From Podospora anserina (taxonomy: Eukaryota): a stretch of 64,000 nucleotides of DNA. Where the stretch lies: contig CM030338.1 in the NCBI GenBank assembly GCA_017654855.1, positions 1,798,001 to 1,862,000 on the forward strand, written 5' to 3'. This document shows, one piece after another, positions 12,509 to 25,000 of this stretch (its first letter is position 1; each line of letters starts with the position of its first letter). The translations under genes and the position numbers were made by a program. The notes beneath the pieces were generated by a model, which saw only the letters and a list, made by a program, of their open reading frames with translations, was not told where the DNA came from and did not search any database.

Positions 12509-15394
12509 TTATGTCCGACGACGCTTGTGATCTATCCGTATGTAAGTATGAGCACGTCGTATTGGGGAAAGGTGGGAACGCATACCGGATTCCTCAGCGA
12601 GGCTCTCTGCATCGTCAGTTCTGTATCGTTTTCCAGTGGGGCTCGACGGAGCAAGGTCAAGGTCAGGCTGCGGTTCAAATGTGATATCTCCTTCCGCCTC
12701 GTTATGCACCTCTTCGTACTCATCCCCATCATTGCCCCAGTCAATTTCATCACCATCTTCCACTGGGGCCGCTACGGAGTGCGGCGCGCTGTTATCTGGC
12801 GTGAAAGAATCATCTGCCCCATCGTTCTCGTCGTAGTCAATTTCGTCGCCGTTCATGGTCGTGCTCGTATGATCGGACGCTGTGTCTCCTGTTGCTGATG
12901 CAGACGGCCCCTGTTGCGGATCTTTACTCACAGTGGGGGACATGCCCCGAGAGACTTGTGAAATCTCAGCCTGCCAGTCCGTTTCCAGAGCGTCTTCATT
13001 GTTATCGGCTGCGGTGTTGGTAACCTCGGGCACGCCGTTCAATATTTCTCCGCCTTGACCGCCGTCGCCTTCTTGCTCGTCGATTGTTGAGAGGCCGCCG
13101 TCCTGGTCAAAAGCGAGGAGAAGATCGTTATCTTGAAAGCGAGGAATGTTAGCGTCGCTGTAGTGACCAAAACTGATGCTTATCTGCGAACTGGCGCGAG
13201 AGTGAGACGTAAAGAAATTGTTGGTCAATGGCGATGCCGCGTCCAACATATTCAAGCCCTCTTCCTCCACGTTGTCCTCGTCATCAGAATAATCGATGAT
13301 GTACTCCTCATCGACGGTAAAGCTTGACGAACCCAGCTCAGATGTCACTCTGGATCCAAGTTGAGTTCCGCTTGCACCCTCCAGCTCGCAAGGTTCGTCA
13401 TCATCATCATAATCGATGTCAATTTCAACTTCGGGGGTGGCGAGCTGCGACGCCCTGGTCGAACTCGTACTGGACAAAAGCAGATGGTTGGTGGGGTGTA
13501 AAGAAAAAGGGGGTTTACCATTTGAACCTGTTGTCAGTTCAAACACACCATTGCTGGTGAGTTGAGCCTCCTCAGTTGTTTCCAGCTCTGTGATGACATC
13601 GAAGGCCTCATCGGCGTCCTTCATCTCCTGCTCATCCACATCGACATCGACAGACTCGTAGGAAACCTGTTCTTGAGGAAAGTCCGAGGTATTGGAATCC
13701 TCAGCGTGCACAGTCTCGAGGGTTGCTTGATATACAACCTGATCATCATGGTCTGGCTGCCCTTCAGCTGCTAGCTCTGGCGATTGGGAGTGTGTGCTGG
13801 ATATGGCAGCATCTTCGTTTTGAGTGGTAGCGTCGTTCTCAACAGCAGGCGATACGCTAGGATTGCGGCTTTGATCATGGCTAGAAGCGATGCCATTGAC
13901 TGGGGTCTCGTTTTCATAGCTATCATGGGCCGTGTCATCATCCTCGTCAACAAGGAGTTCTTCGTTGACCCATCCGTTCTGATGGTTAGATTCGGTATGC
14001 TCAGAATGCTCATGTTCAGAGAGCACGCTTCCAGAGCGGCATGGCGATTCGCCGCCATACTTGGCCTCATCAAGAAGTTGTAGGAAGCGCTCTTCGCAAT
14101 CGTGCTGGACAATCAACTGCAAAACAGGAACTGAGGCGATGGCGGTGTCTTTTGCCGCCAATGCAGCGTGGCAATCCAGTAGTTCACGGAGTGTCCGGTT
14201 GAGAAACCTTTCACTAGACCTTTCGCCAAACTCGAGGTCCAGAGAGTCAAAACTGACCAAGAGGGTATCGGTAGGAGCAATTTCGTTCGCAATGACTTGG
14301 CGAAGAGAAGAGAGAAACTGTGCAAGGGGCTCATCCATCTTCTTGACATCCGACAGAAAGAAAGCGTCTGGGTCGTCATTTGCAGTCCCAAACAGCGAGT
14401 AGTTGACGTCATTGTAAAAGACCTCAATGTCGGGAACACCATGAAGAGAACTCGCAAGATCTTCGATCGCCTTGTCAACTTCACTGAGGCCGCCTCTGGG
14501 TTCCTCGTCATCATCCATGAGGTAATCCTCGTTGCCATCAGCATGATTTGAGCCGGCCTCATAGTCCATATCGCTGTGGCTGCCCAGTTCAGGAACCTTC
14601 TCCTTCTCGTCATCATCATCATCATCATTATCATCATCATCATGATCAAGCTGGTCGTCAAGATCTTCTTCGACCATAGGCTTCTCTGATTCAATGTTGT
14701 TCAGTGAAACCGCCTGGTCTTCCTGTGCATGGATCTGGGGTTGGCCGCTGGAATTATCATGCTGAGGGCTGGGCTGTTCATCTGCTTCATACTCTGGCTG
14801 GTCCTCATGTTGAGGCTCAATCTGGTCCTCGGCTTCATACTCTGGCTCGTCCTCATGCTGAGGCTCAGACTGGTCTTCAGCCTCAAACTCTGGCTCGTCT
14901 CCAGGCTGAGGCTCGGCCTGGTTCTCAGCTTCATACTCCGGTTGGTCCTCATGCAGAGGGTCCAACTCGTCTTCCGCTTGATACTCCGGCTGCTCAGCAT
15001 CTGCGACGGCCAGATCTTGGGCATTCTCGTCAGCCTTGACGGCCTCCGTGGTCAAGCTGTAGTCCTCTTCGTAGCCGATCTCTTCTTGATACTCCAGGCC
15101 TGTCGCCGCGATCTCATCACCCGCTACTTCGTTCGGGGGGCCTTCATCTTCAGCTGAATTGGTCGCGGCATGCTCCGAATGAGCTTCTTCTTCGTCGTCT
15201 TCATAGCCAATCTCGTCAACTTGATCGACTACATTCTTGGTGATTACTGCAGGGGCGTCTTGTTGGTTCTCATCTGCCTGATCATAAACGCCATCCAGCT
15301 GGAAATCAAATCCATCGGCATCAAAATCCGGGACAGCCTCCTGATCTAACTGGCCCAAGGGGCCAGGGTCCACGGCCAGCTCAACCTGGTCCAT
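12509..15394 (-). CDS. Large Asp/Glu-rich, mostly disordered hypothetical protein with a short folded core and a C-terminal NLS-like KRRRT
   Basis: 961-aa ORF; globular-looking core VPDIEVFYNDVNYSLFG..FFLSD..LDLEFGE; repeated DEIGY/DEIDY/DEIDW motifs; probable 54-nt intron 12532-12585 (GTATGC..TAG). Confidence 0.8.
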   Translation of the reverse strand: MDQVELAVDPGPLGQLDQEAVPDFDADGFDFQLDGVYDQADENQQDAPAVITKNVVDQVDEIGYEDDEEEAHSEHAATNSAEDEGPPNEVAGDEIAATGLEYQEEIGYEEDYSLTTEAVKADENAQDLAVADAEQPEYQAEDELDPLHEDQPEYEAENQAEPQPGDEPEFEAEDQSEPQHEDEPEYEAEDQIEPQHEDQPEYEADEQPSPQHDNSSGQPQIHAQEDQAVSLNNIESEKPMVEEDLDDQLDHDDDDNDDDDDDEKEKVPELGSHSDMDYEAGSNHADGNEDYLMDDDEEPRGGLSEVDKAIEDLASSLHGVPDIEVFYNDVNYSLFGTANDDPDAFFLSDVKKMDEPLAQFLSSLRQVIANEIAPTDTLLVSFDSLDLEFGERSSERFLNRTLRELLDCHAALAAKDTAIASVPVLQLIVQHDCEERFLQLLDEAKYGGESPCRSGSVLSEHEHSEHTESNHQNGWVNEELLVDEDDDTAHDSYENETPVNGIASSHDQSRNPSVSPAVENDATTQNEDAAISSTHSQSPELAAEGQPDHDDQVVYQATLETVHAEDSNTSDFPQEQVSYESVDVDVDEQEMKDADEAFDVITELETTEEAQLTSNGVFELTTGSNGKPPFSLHPTNHLLLSSTSSTRASQLATPEVEIDIDYDDDDEPCELEGASGTQLGSRVTSELGSSSFTVDEEYIIDYSDDEDNVEEEGLNMLDAASPLTNNFFTSHSRASSQISISFGHYSDANIPRFQDNDLLLAFDQDGGLSTIDEQEGDGGQGGEILNGVPEVTNTAADNNEDALETDWQAEISQVSRGMSPTVSKDPQQGPSASATGDTASDHTSTTMNGDEIDYDENDGADDSFTPDNSAPHSVAAPVEDGDEIDWGNDGDEYEEVHNEAEGDITFEPQPDLDLAPSSPTGKRYRTDDAESLAEESGMRSHLSPIRRAHTYIRIDHKRRRT
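14750..15000 (-). repeat. Coding tandem repeat of about 48 nt (16 aa), about 5 imperfect copies
   Basis: Peptide repeats QPEYEAENQAEPQPGD / EPEFEAEDQSEPQHED / EPEYEAEDQIEPQHED / QPEYEADEQPSPQHD. Confidence 0.85.
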
Positions 15395-16306
15395 GGTGAG
15401 CTGGGTTGGAGATGGGTGATATGTCGAACGCAGCCCGACGCGTAGGCTACGTTTTTTGGTTGGTTATGAGCGGCTATTGCCGTGTTGGTTGGTAGGAAGT
15501 ATATGGTGGAAGGCGGTGGGCTTGATACTGAAAATCCGCAGGATTATCGACGACGCCAGTGGCTGGACGTGGGGCTGATGTCGAGTTTACGTTTTTCTCA
15601 AGGCAAACGCCGAAATCGAGCGATAATGGTTGTACACGCTCAGTCCAGTCGATACGGTAGGACCGGAGGGCTGGAGTGGAAAAGTCGAGGGGCGCGCGGA
15701 ATTCAGGTTACGGTTGATGGTCAACTACTGAGTTTAGGTTGTGGTTTGGGCGAATCCAGCACATGGGCAAGAGCTCGAAGTGGAAATGGAGAAAGTTCTT
15801 GTTCTTGTACAGGGAGCTCCTGAAGAACGGTGGGATGCCGACTTCTAAATTTTTCAGAAGCAGAAGTCGAGAGCGGGTCGAGTGAATTTGCTGTTGAAGT
15901 CAAGAGCGAAATCTTGTGGACTGGATGAAGGCAGGTAGGTCGGGACTTCTTATACTCTGCTGACGCGCGCAGAGGAGAGTAATCGAAAGCGTGTTTGTCG
16001 GAAAAGTGAAAGAGCACTGGAGAAGCGGCAATTCATTTGAATAATCGAGTGGAGGACGGCCCGCATTCAGTTTAGTGGACTGACACCCGTCTGGCAGCCT
16101 GGACCTGGTCCGTGCCCATCCATATGTCCTCAGATAGGGGAAAGAGCTTCACTTCACAGTGGTGGCACGGTCAGGGTGGATGCCAGCTGGCAGCCCCTCG
16201 TCAGGCACACCTCAGCTGCCACTGGGTGCTGGAAAGACCACCTATCGACCACAGTTGTATCATTTCCGGGAGGTGAAGCTACAATTGCCAGTAATTAACG
16301 GCTCGA

Positions 16307-16340
<34 letters not shown>

Positions 16341-16342
16341 TA
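16307..16342 (+). repeat. (CCGACA)6 hexanucleotide microsatellite in the delta-COP 5' leader (last copy CCGATA)
   Basis: Direct read. Confidence 0.9.
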
Positions 16343-16398
16343 CCAACCCGACCTCTCCCAACTGAGCCCCAGCAACCCGTCCAGCTGTTGAATTCAAG

Positions 16399-18169
16399 AT
16401 GGTAGCCCTCCCGAGATGATGCAATCCAGAGCGCAACAAACAGCTAACCATTGCGCCTTAGGTTGTCCTCGCTGCGTCCATCTGCACTCGGGGCGGCAAG
16501 GCTGTTCTGGCCAGGGCCTTCCACGACATCAAGCGCACTCGTGTCGAAGCCCTCCTCGCATCTTTCCCCAAGGCTGCCAACTCGGGCACCCAACACACCA
16601 CCGTCGAACAGGACAATGTTCGATTCGTATACCAGCCATTGGATGAGCTCTACATGGTGCTCATCACCAACAAGCAGTCCAACATCCTCCAGGACATCGA
16701 CTCCCTCCACCTCTTCGCCCAGGTCGTTACCAGCACTTGCAAGAGCCTCGACGAGCGAGAAATCCTCCGAAATGCCTTCGAACTTATCAGTGCCTTCGAC
16801 GAGATTGTCACCCTGGGTTACCGTGAGAACCTGACTGTCAGCCAAATTAGGACATTCTTGGAAATGGAGTCTCACGAGGAGCGCATCCAGGAGATTATTG
16901 CTCGGGTAGGTGGAATAATACTTTTATGGGCTGCTTGGGGTTCTGACATCGGTGTAGAACAAGGAACTCGAGGCTACCGAAGAGCGCAAGAGGAAGGCGA
17001 AGCAGCTGGAGATGCAGCGCAAGGAGTCTGGGAGAGCTGGCCGCCCCGGTGGCATGGCTTCACGACCAGCCGTATACCCAACATACACACCCCCTGTCCG
17101 ACCGGCTGTTACTGAGACATACGATACCTACGAGGCGGAGAAGAACAAATCCAAGTACGTTGCCTTCACAGTCTGGACGTTTGGTGGGCGGGAACTGACA
17201 GAATCAGGTTTGGAGCGCCCAAGGGCAAGGGTATGCAGCTGGGCAAGAAGTCCAAGACTACAGATATGTTCGAGCGTGTGAAGACCGAGCTGGGGCCAGT
17301 GGACGACGCACCCCTTGTACCGGTTGCCACTCCTTCTGCCCCAGAACCGGCCGCCGCCTCCCGTGTATCAACGTCCCTGGACCGGGATGCGATCCACGTT
17401 ACCGTCAACGAAGCCATCACAGCCAAACTGTCCAGGGATGGGGCCCTCAGCTCGTTCTCCATCAGCGGTGACTTGACATTGCGCGTGTCAGATCCATCAC
17501 TCACCAAGCTCAAGCTTAATCTCAATGCTACTCCTTCGCACGGTGCCCAGTTCCGGACACATCCAAATGTCGACAAGAATCTGTTCAACAGCACGAAAGC
17601 GATCCAGATGGCTAACACGGCGAGGGGCTTCCCTGTCAACAACGCGGTTGGTGTGTTGCGCTGGAGAGTTGCGCCCAAGGCCGACGATACGAGTATCTTG
17701 CCGATTGCGTTTACTGTCTGGGTCAACAAGGGTTCCGACGGCAACTGCTCGTTGACTGTCGAGTATGAGCTGTCGGGCGGTGATGAGCTCAAGGATGTTA
17801 GCATTGTGATCCCTTACCAGAGCGCCGAGCCATCCGTTGCCAGCTTCGATGCCACCTACGAGGTGTCTGGTGACAGCCTTGAGTGGTCCATTGGCACTGT
17901 CAACGAGGAGAATCCCAGCGGTGCTTTCGAGTTTGAGGCGCAGACGGATGACGAGAACGAGTTCTTCCCCATGCAAGTTCGCTTCTCCAAGACCTCGCCA
18001 TTTGTGGATGTTGATGTAAGTTTTCCATCCTCTGACTGCGAACACAGAAAACAAACAGTATGCTAACTTTTTCTTCCAGGTCACCTCGGTGGAGCTTGTC
18101 GAAATGAACGAGGAGGTAACCTTCTCCAAGGAGGTGAAATCGGTGGCGGACTCGTACTTGATTGAATAA
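16399..18169 (+). CDS. RET2: Coatomer subunit delta (longin plus mu-homology domain)
   Basis: ATG 16399, intron 16402-16461, then VVLAASICTRGGKAVLAR..QSNILQDIDSLHLF..MESHEERIQEII..FRTHPNVDK; stop TAA 18167-18169. Confidence 0.95.
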
Positions 18170-18739
18170 ATGGAGGTGATTAAGGTGGTATAGGGAGGAA
18201 TCTGTTGTGTGTTTGGCGCACCGAGCAAGCATGTGTCTTTTTGGTGTCTGGTTAGAGAAGACTTGGGGAGGCGGATAGCTCCCCTAATAAAATTGATTTG
18301 GCGTGTTTCTGCAAGACATCGAATGCCTGGTGTATGTATTCGTGCTGTTGCTATGGTGTATGTGGACAAGCATTTCAGGGGCTGCCCGTATTTTGACCGC
18401 TTGGGGGCAGCACAGTGCGAACGCTAGGGCCAATTATTTCATGAATTCCTTCCACACTTCTCACTGAACTCTGAAGAGCAAGAGCGCTTCACTCCAACGA
18501 AAAACAACGGCAAAACACGACGAATTCAAATCGAGAGAATTGCCTGAATGATTCTGACCCAGACTCTTGTTTAAAACTGGTAAATCAGACATCGGTGACA
18601 AACTAGGAACAGTGACCCGCCGCGTTTTCAAGCCCAACCGCTCACACTCACTTCTCTCACCTCTCAACTCACTCACTTACATCGGTCAAGTTTCAACATT
18701 CTCAACCCCGCCAAAACTGCTTCATAAACAAAACCAAAA

Positions 18740-21329
18740 ATGCCACCACAACCACTCCCAGATCTACTACCCCTCCTCCCCCTCCTCTCCCAATCCCGCC
18801 TCTCCACCGCCGGCGCGCCGATTTCAGAGAGCAACCCCGTCGTGGCCCTCAACCCAGCCATTGAGCTCACCGCGACGGTTTCGGATGGTGATAATGAAGA
18901 GAGCAGCACGGTCTACGTCTGGCGGGCGAACGAGCAGGTGGTGTTCAAGCACGCCGAGAGGAGCGGGGCTGGGGTAGAGACGGTTCGGTGGAAGGAGGAC
19001 GGCAAGTTTCTTGCTGTTGGGTGGGGGGACGGGGTGGTGAGGTTGATGGGGGAGGGGGGGGGGAGGAGTGTTTATTGCATACGGGTGGGAGATGAGGGAA
19101 GGGGCAAAAGGATCAAATTTTTGGGGTGGGGGAGGAATGTTACTGGGAATAGTAGGAGGAGGAAGAGGAGGAGGGTGGAAGTTGAGACTGGAGGGGGGAA
19201 GGTGGGGGTGAGTGATTTGCCGCACGAGTTGACTTTTTTGGAGGTGGAGGGGGCGTTGCCGAAGTTGGGGCCTTTGCCGGTTGCTGGGGGGGGTGGTGGT
19301 GCTGGGGGGGGGGATGATATGTTTTTGTTTTCGTCGACGACGTCGCTGGAGTGGGTGTTTAGGGGGTGTAAGGCGGAGGAGGCGGATGATGTGCATGTTA
19401 TGGTTGTTGGGATGGAGGATGGGGGGGTGCATTTGAGTATTTGTGATTCGTTTGTTGTTGGGATGTTCAGGCATGAGCCGGTGGAGGGGGAGGGGGTGAT
19501 GCTTTGTGGGCATGCTTCGCATGAGGAGACGTCGACGCATGTGCTGTTGATGAGGCCGAGGGAAGGGGAGGTGAGGAGGTTGCATTTGGTGCCGATGGAT
19601 TTGACGTTTGTGCATTACTCGCCGGTGAACTTGTCGCTGTTGGCGAGCAAGATGACCATGTTGCAGAATTTGCTGAGGTATGTTAAGCAGACGCAGACGC
19701 ACATGACGAATGAGTGGAAGTCGACGAGGGAGCTGCCGCAGAGGTTTTTGAATGGGGTGGAGGATGATTTGAAGAGGATGGAGGGTGGGGGGTTGAGTAT
19801 TGTCCAGGCTTTGTGTCACACGGTGGCTACGGGGCATGTTTTCAAGCCGGTGAAGGAGTGGTTGGTGGATGTTGTGGCTGAGAGGGTAAGTCTCTGGATC
19901 TGGTTTACATGGCTGATAACTGACGAGGAGACAGGGCCACAAACGCTGGGACAAGGCAGTACTCTCGGGATTGCTCAACCTCCGAGGTCTGGTTCATGAG
20001 AACCTAATACCAGCACTTGAACGCTGCGGTATCATTCTCAGTCGAATGCTGGGTATTGCCCGCTTCCACGACTCAGAGGAGGGTATTGGCTTCAATGCTA
20101 CTCAGATCACCAGACTGATGGACATTGTTTCCTGCCTGACTGTCGTCGCCCACAAGATACTTCTCAACGTCATGGATGAGTTGGAATATTTCTCTGTTTT
20201 CTCAACATGGCTACGGCTACAGATAGACCAACAAGCCTCCTCGTCATCTGCCACCGAAGAGCTCACCGAAAAGGAAGCGACTATGGACCATGCCAAGGTC
20301 CTGACTTACATTCAAAGATACCTAACCAGCAGTCCATTGGCCATGTATTTTGACCAAATCACCAAAGAAGACTATGTCAAAGACCAGGAGTATGCCGAGG
20401 ACAACCCGTCCCTTCTACAGATGCTTGTGAAGCAGCTGAAGAGACAGGAGTCGGGGCAGCCTTATATGAGAGCGCTGCCCCATGTGGACTTTCTTGTCAA
20501 CTACTTGACCAGCAGAGCCAACAAGGTGTTTCAAAATATTGCCGAGGCTGAGAAACGAGGTGTCTTGTTTGGAACAGATGCTGTATTGGACATTGGGGAG
20601 GGGATTTGGAAGCATGATGTTCGGTTGTGTGTCAAGCCAGAAGATGTAAGTCTTGGTTGGTATGGCTGTGTAGCGTATGGGGTCACAAAACTGACAAGAG
20701 ATTTATAGGAGGCGACGGGACAGACAGCTTATACGGCGTTGGTATCAGAGCAAGACAGAACCACACGTAAGCTGGAAGATTCTGCTACATCCATGCAGTG
20801 CTAACGGCTTTCATCAGTCTTTTTATTCAAGACCGTCATACAGGGTACGAAAGGTGTCAGTGAGCTGGGTCCAACGAGAGCCTGTGGGCTTTCTGTGCCA
20901 GAGGGAAAGAGCATTGTTGATTTTGGCTTTCTCGATGAGAACTCATTGTTACTATTATGCTGCACTGCGGGTAAGTCAAAGCATTACACGTCAGCAAAGT
21001 GCCTAAAGTTAACCATTGCTATAGGTGACAACCCTGGGTTTTCCCTCATCAAAATTAGCTATCAGTCTGCCACATTGTTGTACCGACACTACGAGGCTGG
21101 TCAGCGCCCATCATTAAGGCCTCTTGACATGGATGACCAGACACTGTTTTGTACAAGAGGTTTCTCTCATCTGTCCCACTTCACGCCTGTGCAGATGATG
21201 GTTCAAAAGTCATGCAGCCTACGCGGCGAGATACCAGGGCGGGTTTGCCTTGTGGGCAAGGACAGGGCCATGTACAAGACCTATACGTTACCAAGGAGCT
21301 GGGAAGATGTGGACATGAATGGCCAGTGA
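18740..21329 (+). CDS. APC4: Anaphase-promoting complex subunit 4 (WD40 plus helical domain), multi-exon
   Basis: N-terminal WD40 segment WKEDGKFLAVGWGDGVVRL, then QNLLRYVKQ..EWK and ER/GHKRWDKAV..LVHENLIPALERC; GT..AG introns join ORFs 18740, 19971 and 20895. Confidence 0.88.
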
Positions 21330-22037
21330 GAGGATGACGGGAATGTCTTGGTTCTTGATACTGCATTCCGGATCCGAACAATCGGCTCCGAATCTGCAGA
21401 TAGAGTGTTGGCCCTTTTACACGTAAAGCTTAAGACTTGGTGTATCTATACGCGGAAGTATCCTGATTAGATAGACGTATGCCCATAATGTAGCAACATC
21501 ATCATCCTTTACATGTTTTACCCCTGAAAAAGCAATGATGGTGTTGTTGGACCTCGCCGCACTGTGCTCCCAGAAAGGGGTCCAATAATAGCACCCAACA
21601 CGCTAACGGCTAGCGATGTCTCCCGAATGCTGTTAGCGTCATGCAACCCCAGAACGACCCGTCGGCCAGGCGCTGTGTGCAACTGAAACAAACGTCATTG
21701 GGCAGCTTTCCAAAAGAGAGAGATGTTCCAGGTTGCACCCTCTCACCGATTAATCGTCTACCTCCTTTGAGCCCGGCTTTCTCGCAACTTTTTACATTCT
21801 TCCTAAAAAAAAGGACTGGGTGCTTCAAGTAGACCTACACGACTAAATACACGCGGCCAAGGTCGTGATAATATCCAATCTCCACATCTGAACGGCATAC
21901 TCACCTCCGAGCATCCCGGAATAATACAAACAGCTTTCATCAAAGAACAAAGCAGCAACTTCTACAGTACATAGGGATACTTCTGAGCACATCACTATTC
22001 AGAAGCTTCCTCGGAGAGGGCAGAGGTTTGGCTCAAG

Positions 22038-25000
22038 ATGAACGAACCAACGATACCGCCCCAGGCGGCGTTCAGCTACAAGCACGCCTCAGCACCACCG
22101 CCAGTCACCGTGACAGCCCCCTCCACGACAACAGGAGGGTCCTCCTCCTCCCAAGCACCACCGTCAGAAAAGCAGCAACAGCCCAAGCCAACGACGGCAT
22201 CTGTCCCCCGAGCCTCAGGCCCAGCCATCCCCGTGATTCTCAACGAAGCCGCCCTCGACTCTCCCACCTTCCGCTCGACAGCCATCCACTTTGGCGACCA
22301 GCTCGACGGCATCGAACGTTGGCTCGACAGCTACACCCGCAGCACGACCAAAGTCATCCACGACTTTTTGGCTCTCGAGGACACGATCAACGTCTACCTC
22401 TCCAAAATGACACCCCCCACCATGGCGACGGGGCCTGACTCCCCCGTTCTCGACGCGGATTACACACTCCCCGCCCTGCGGAGGGCGGGCGACGGGGCGA
22501 GGGAGTGGTGGGGCGGGATACTCTCCGCGGTGAGAAGGCTCGAGCCGGTGAGCGTGGACCCGATCAGGAACTTTATCAACAATGACATGAGGGTGCTGCG
22601 GGAGCAGAGGAGGAACCTGGAGGCGGCGCAAAAGGTGTTTGACACGACGCTGGCGAGGTATGTGGGGCAGAGCAAGACGAAGGAGCCGAGCGCGCTGAGG
22701 GAGGACGCGTTTGCTGTCTTTGAGACGAGGAAGGGGTATTTGAAGGCGAGCATGGACTTTTGCCAGATGGCGCCGCAGGTGAGGGCGGGGTTGGACAAGC
22801 TGCTTGTGAGGGTTTGTGCGGACTTGTGGAGGGAGATGAGGAAGGGGAATAACGGTTCTGCTTCTGCGCTTCAGGCTGGGTGGGGGGAGGAGCTGGAGCG
22901 GATCAGGGGGTGGGCGAGGGAGATGGAGGCGAGCGAGGGGGTTTTTAAACGGGAGTTGGGGATGGCGAGGAGGGATGTTGGGGAGAGCACGTTGGCGATG
23001 GCGAAGCCGAGTAGGGAGTTGGAGGATTATAGTGTTAGTACGGTGCCGTATTTGGGGAGCAAAGGGCCGTTGAGCATTCAGAGGAAGGATCAGGTGGCAG
23101 TTGTTTCGGAGAAGCAGGGGTGGTTGTTTTTGAGGACGTTGACGGGGAAGCCGGTGAGGCCGAATTGGATACGGAGGTGGTATTATTGTCGGGATGGGAT
23201 CTTTGGGTGGTTGATCCAGGCACCTCAGGGGGTGCTGCAGGGTGATGAGATTGGCGTGTTGCTTTGCAGTGCGAGACCCGCTGTCCAGGAGGAGCGGAGG
23301 TTTTGCTTTGAAATCAAGACCAAGACGCAGACCATTCTGCTGCAGGCGGAGACGCAGACGCAGCTGGTGGAGTGGCTTGAGGTGTTTGAGGTGGCCAAGA
23401 AGAAGGCGATCGAGGCCAGCATGGGACGGGATCCTAATACGCTTGTTGGGGGCATCGATCCTGCTTTCGTCATCACGCCGCCCTCGATTCCAGAGTTCTC
23501 TGCCCGAGCGGTTGAGAATCTTGACGAGGCTGACAGCTCTGAGAAGCAACGCAACCTGCCTGTGCCTGGTCCTGATCCGAATGCCGCGGCACGTTCCAGC
23601 TTCGACGTGGCGATCGCTCCGCCGCGCCGGTCCATCACGACTCACCTTGGAAGGGAGGAGGGAGAGACTGGAAGGGAGCATGCGGCGCGTATCATGCAGA
23701 AGCTTGATCTTCACCGCAAGGCAACATTTGCTAGCTCGATGGATACAATGTCTGCTTCTGGGACCACCGGCGCGAGCTTGATGACCAGCACGGCTTCTAC
23801 ACCTCAGGGAGGGCAGACACCGACTCTTCGTCTGCCAACTCTGTTGCTCGATCACCAGTCAGGCAGCTTGGCACCCGCGACTCTGGCCAAGCCTCCTATA
23901 TCGACGAGCCTAAGCAAGTCAGCCATTCTGGCAAGCGCCAACAATGCTCCTATCCGGCTCATGTCGAGCGGCGTTTTGGCCAACTACTGGGGAAGCAGTC
24001 CTTACACAGCCATCTACTGCCCTGCCGTTGGGGCACCCCCTACTCCTAAGCCCTACGCTAACGACCCCTTTGTTGCGTCCATGGTGCCGCGAACACCCAC
24101 CTTTGAGAAACCTCAGCCTCCTCCTGGTGGACATAGGAAAACACAGAGCGTGGGCACGACCCTCACGGAGCCCAAGGTGACCGAAAAGGCACGGAGCGAT
24201 GCCCTTCCTGCCAACTACCCGCCCGAACTCAGAGCGCAATATGCGCAGTTCCGCCTTGTCTTTCCCACAGCACCGCCTGAGGAGAAACCGGTGCTCGTCT
24301 TCAATGCTGCGTGGTCGAGCTCGCCGGTCGAAGGAAAAGAGGATCAAGGGCTGGCTGGCAATGGCCGTATTTTTGTTACATCTGACAGGATGTACTTTTA
24401 TGGTCACCAGCTGGGCTTGGTGGTAGCTTACACCATCAGTCTGGATAGCATCACCGAGGTCACCTCGGCTCCGGGAAGGGACTGCGACTTTATCTTTTTG
24501 CATCTGAACCAGGACATGCAGGACACGACGTACGCTCGGATCGCGATCAAGGTGTTCCTTGAGGACTTTTTGCTGCTGCAGTCTAGGCTTAATCTCTTGA
24601 TTGATGATTTGCAGGCGGCGGAACCGATGGATTTGAGTGAGATTATTACCACGCTGCTCAACATGGAGAGGAACCAGGACGATAATGTCCGGAGTCCGAG
24701 CGTGGAGAGCTGGGAGGAGATTAGTTCTAATACTCCGGTTGACGACGGGACGCCGTTTGGGAGGCCGGTGTCGAGACGGGTGGGGGATCTGAGCGGGAGG
24801 TTCATTCGGTATTCGCGCCAGGGGGGGTCGAAGAAGCAGGTGCAGAAGTTTCAGCTGCCGGCTCACGCGGTGATGTACGAGCCGGAGGACATGGGGCCTG
24901 CGGTGGCGGAGAGGCACTTTGAGATGAGCGCCAAGGCGTGCTTCCATGTGCTCTTTGGGGACAAGTCGTTTATCTTTCCGAAGCTGTATTTTGAGCGGAG

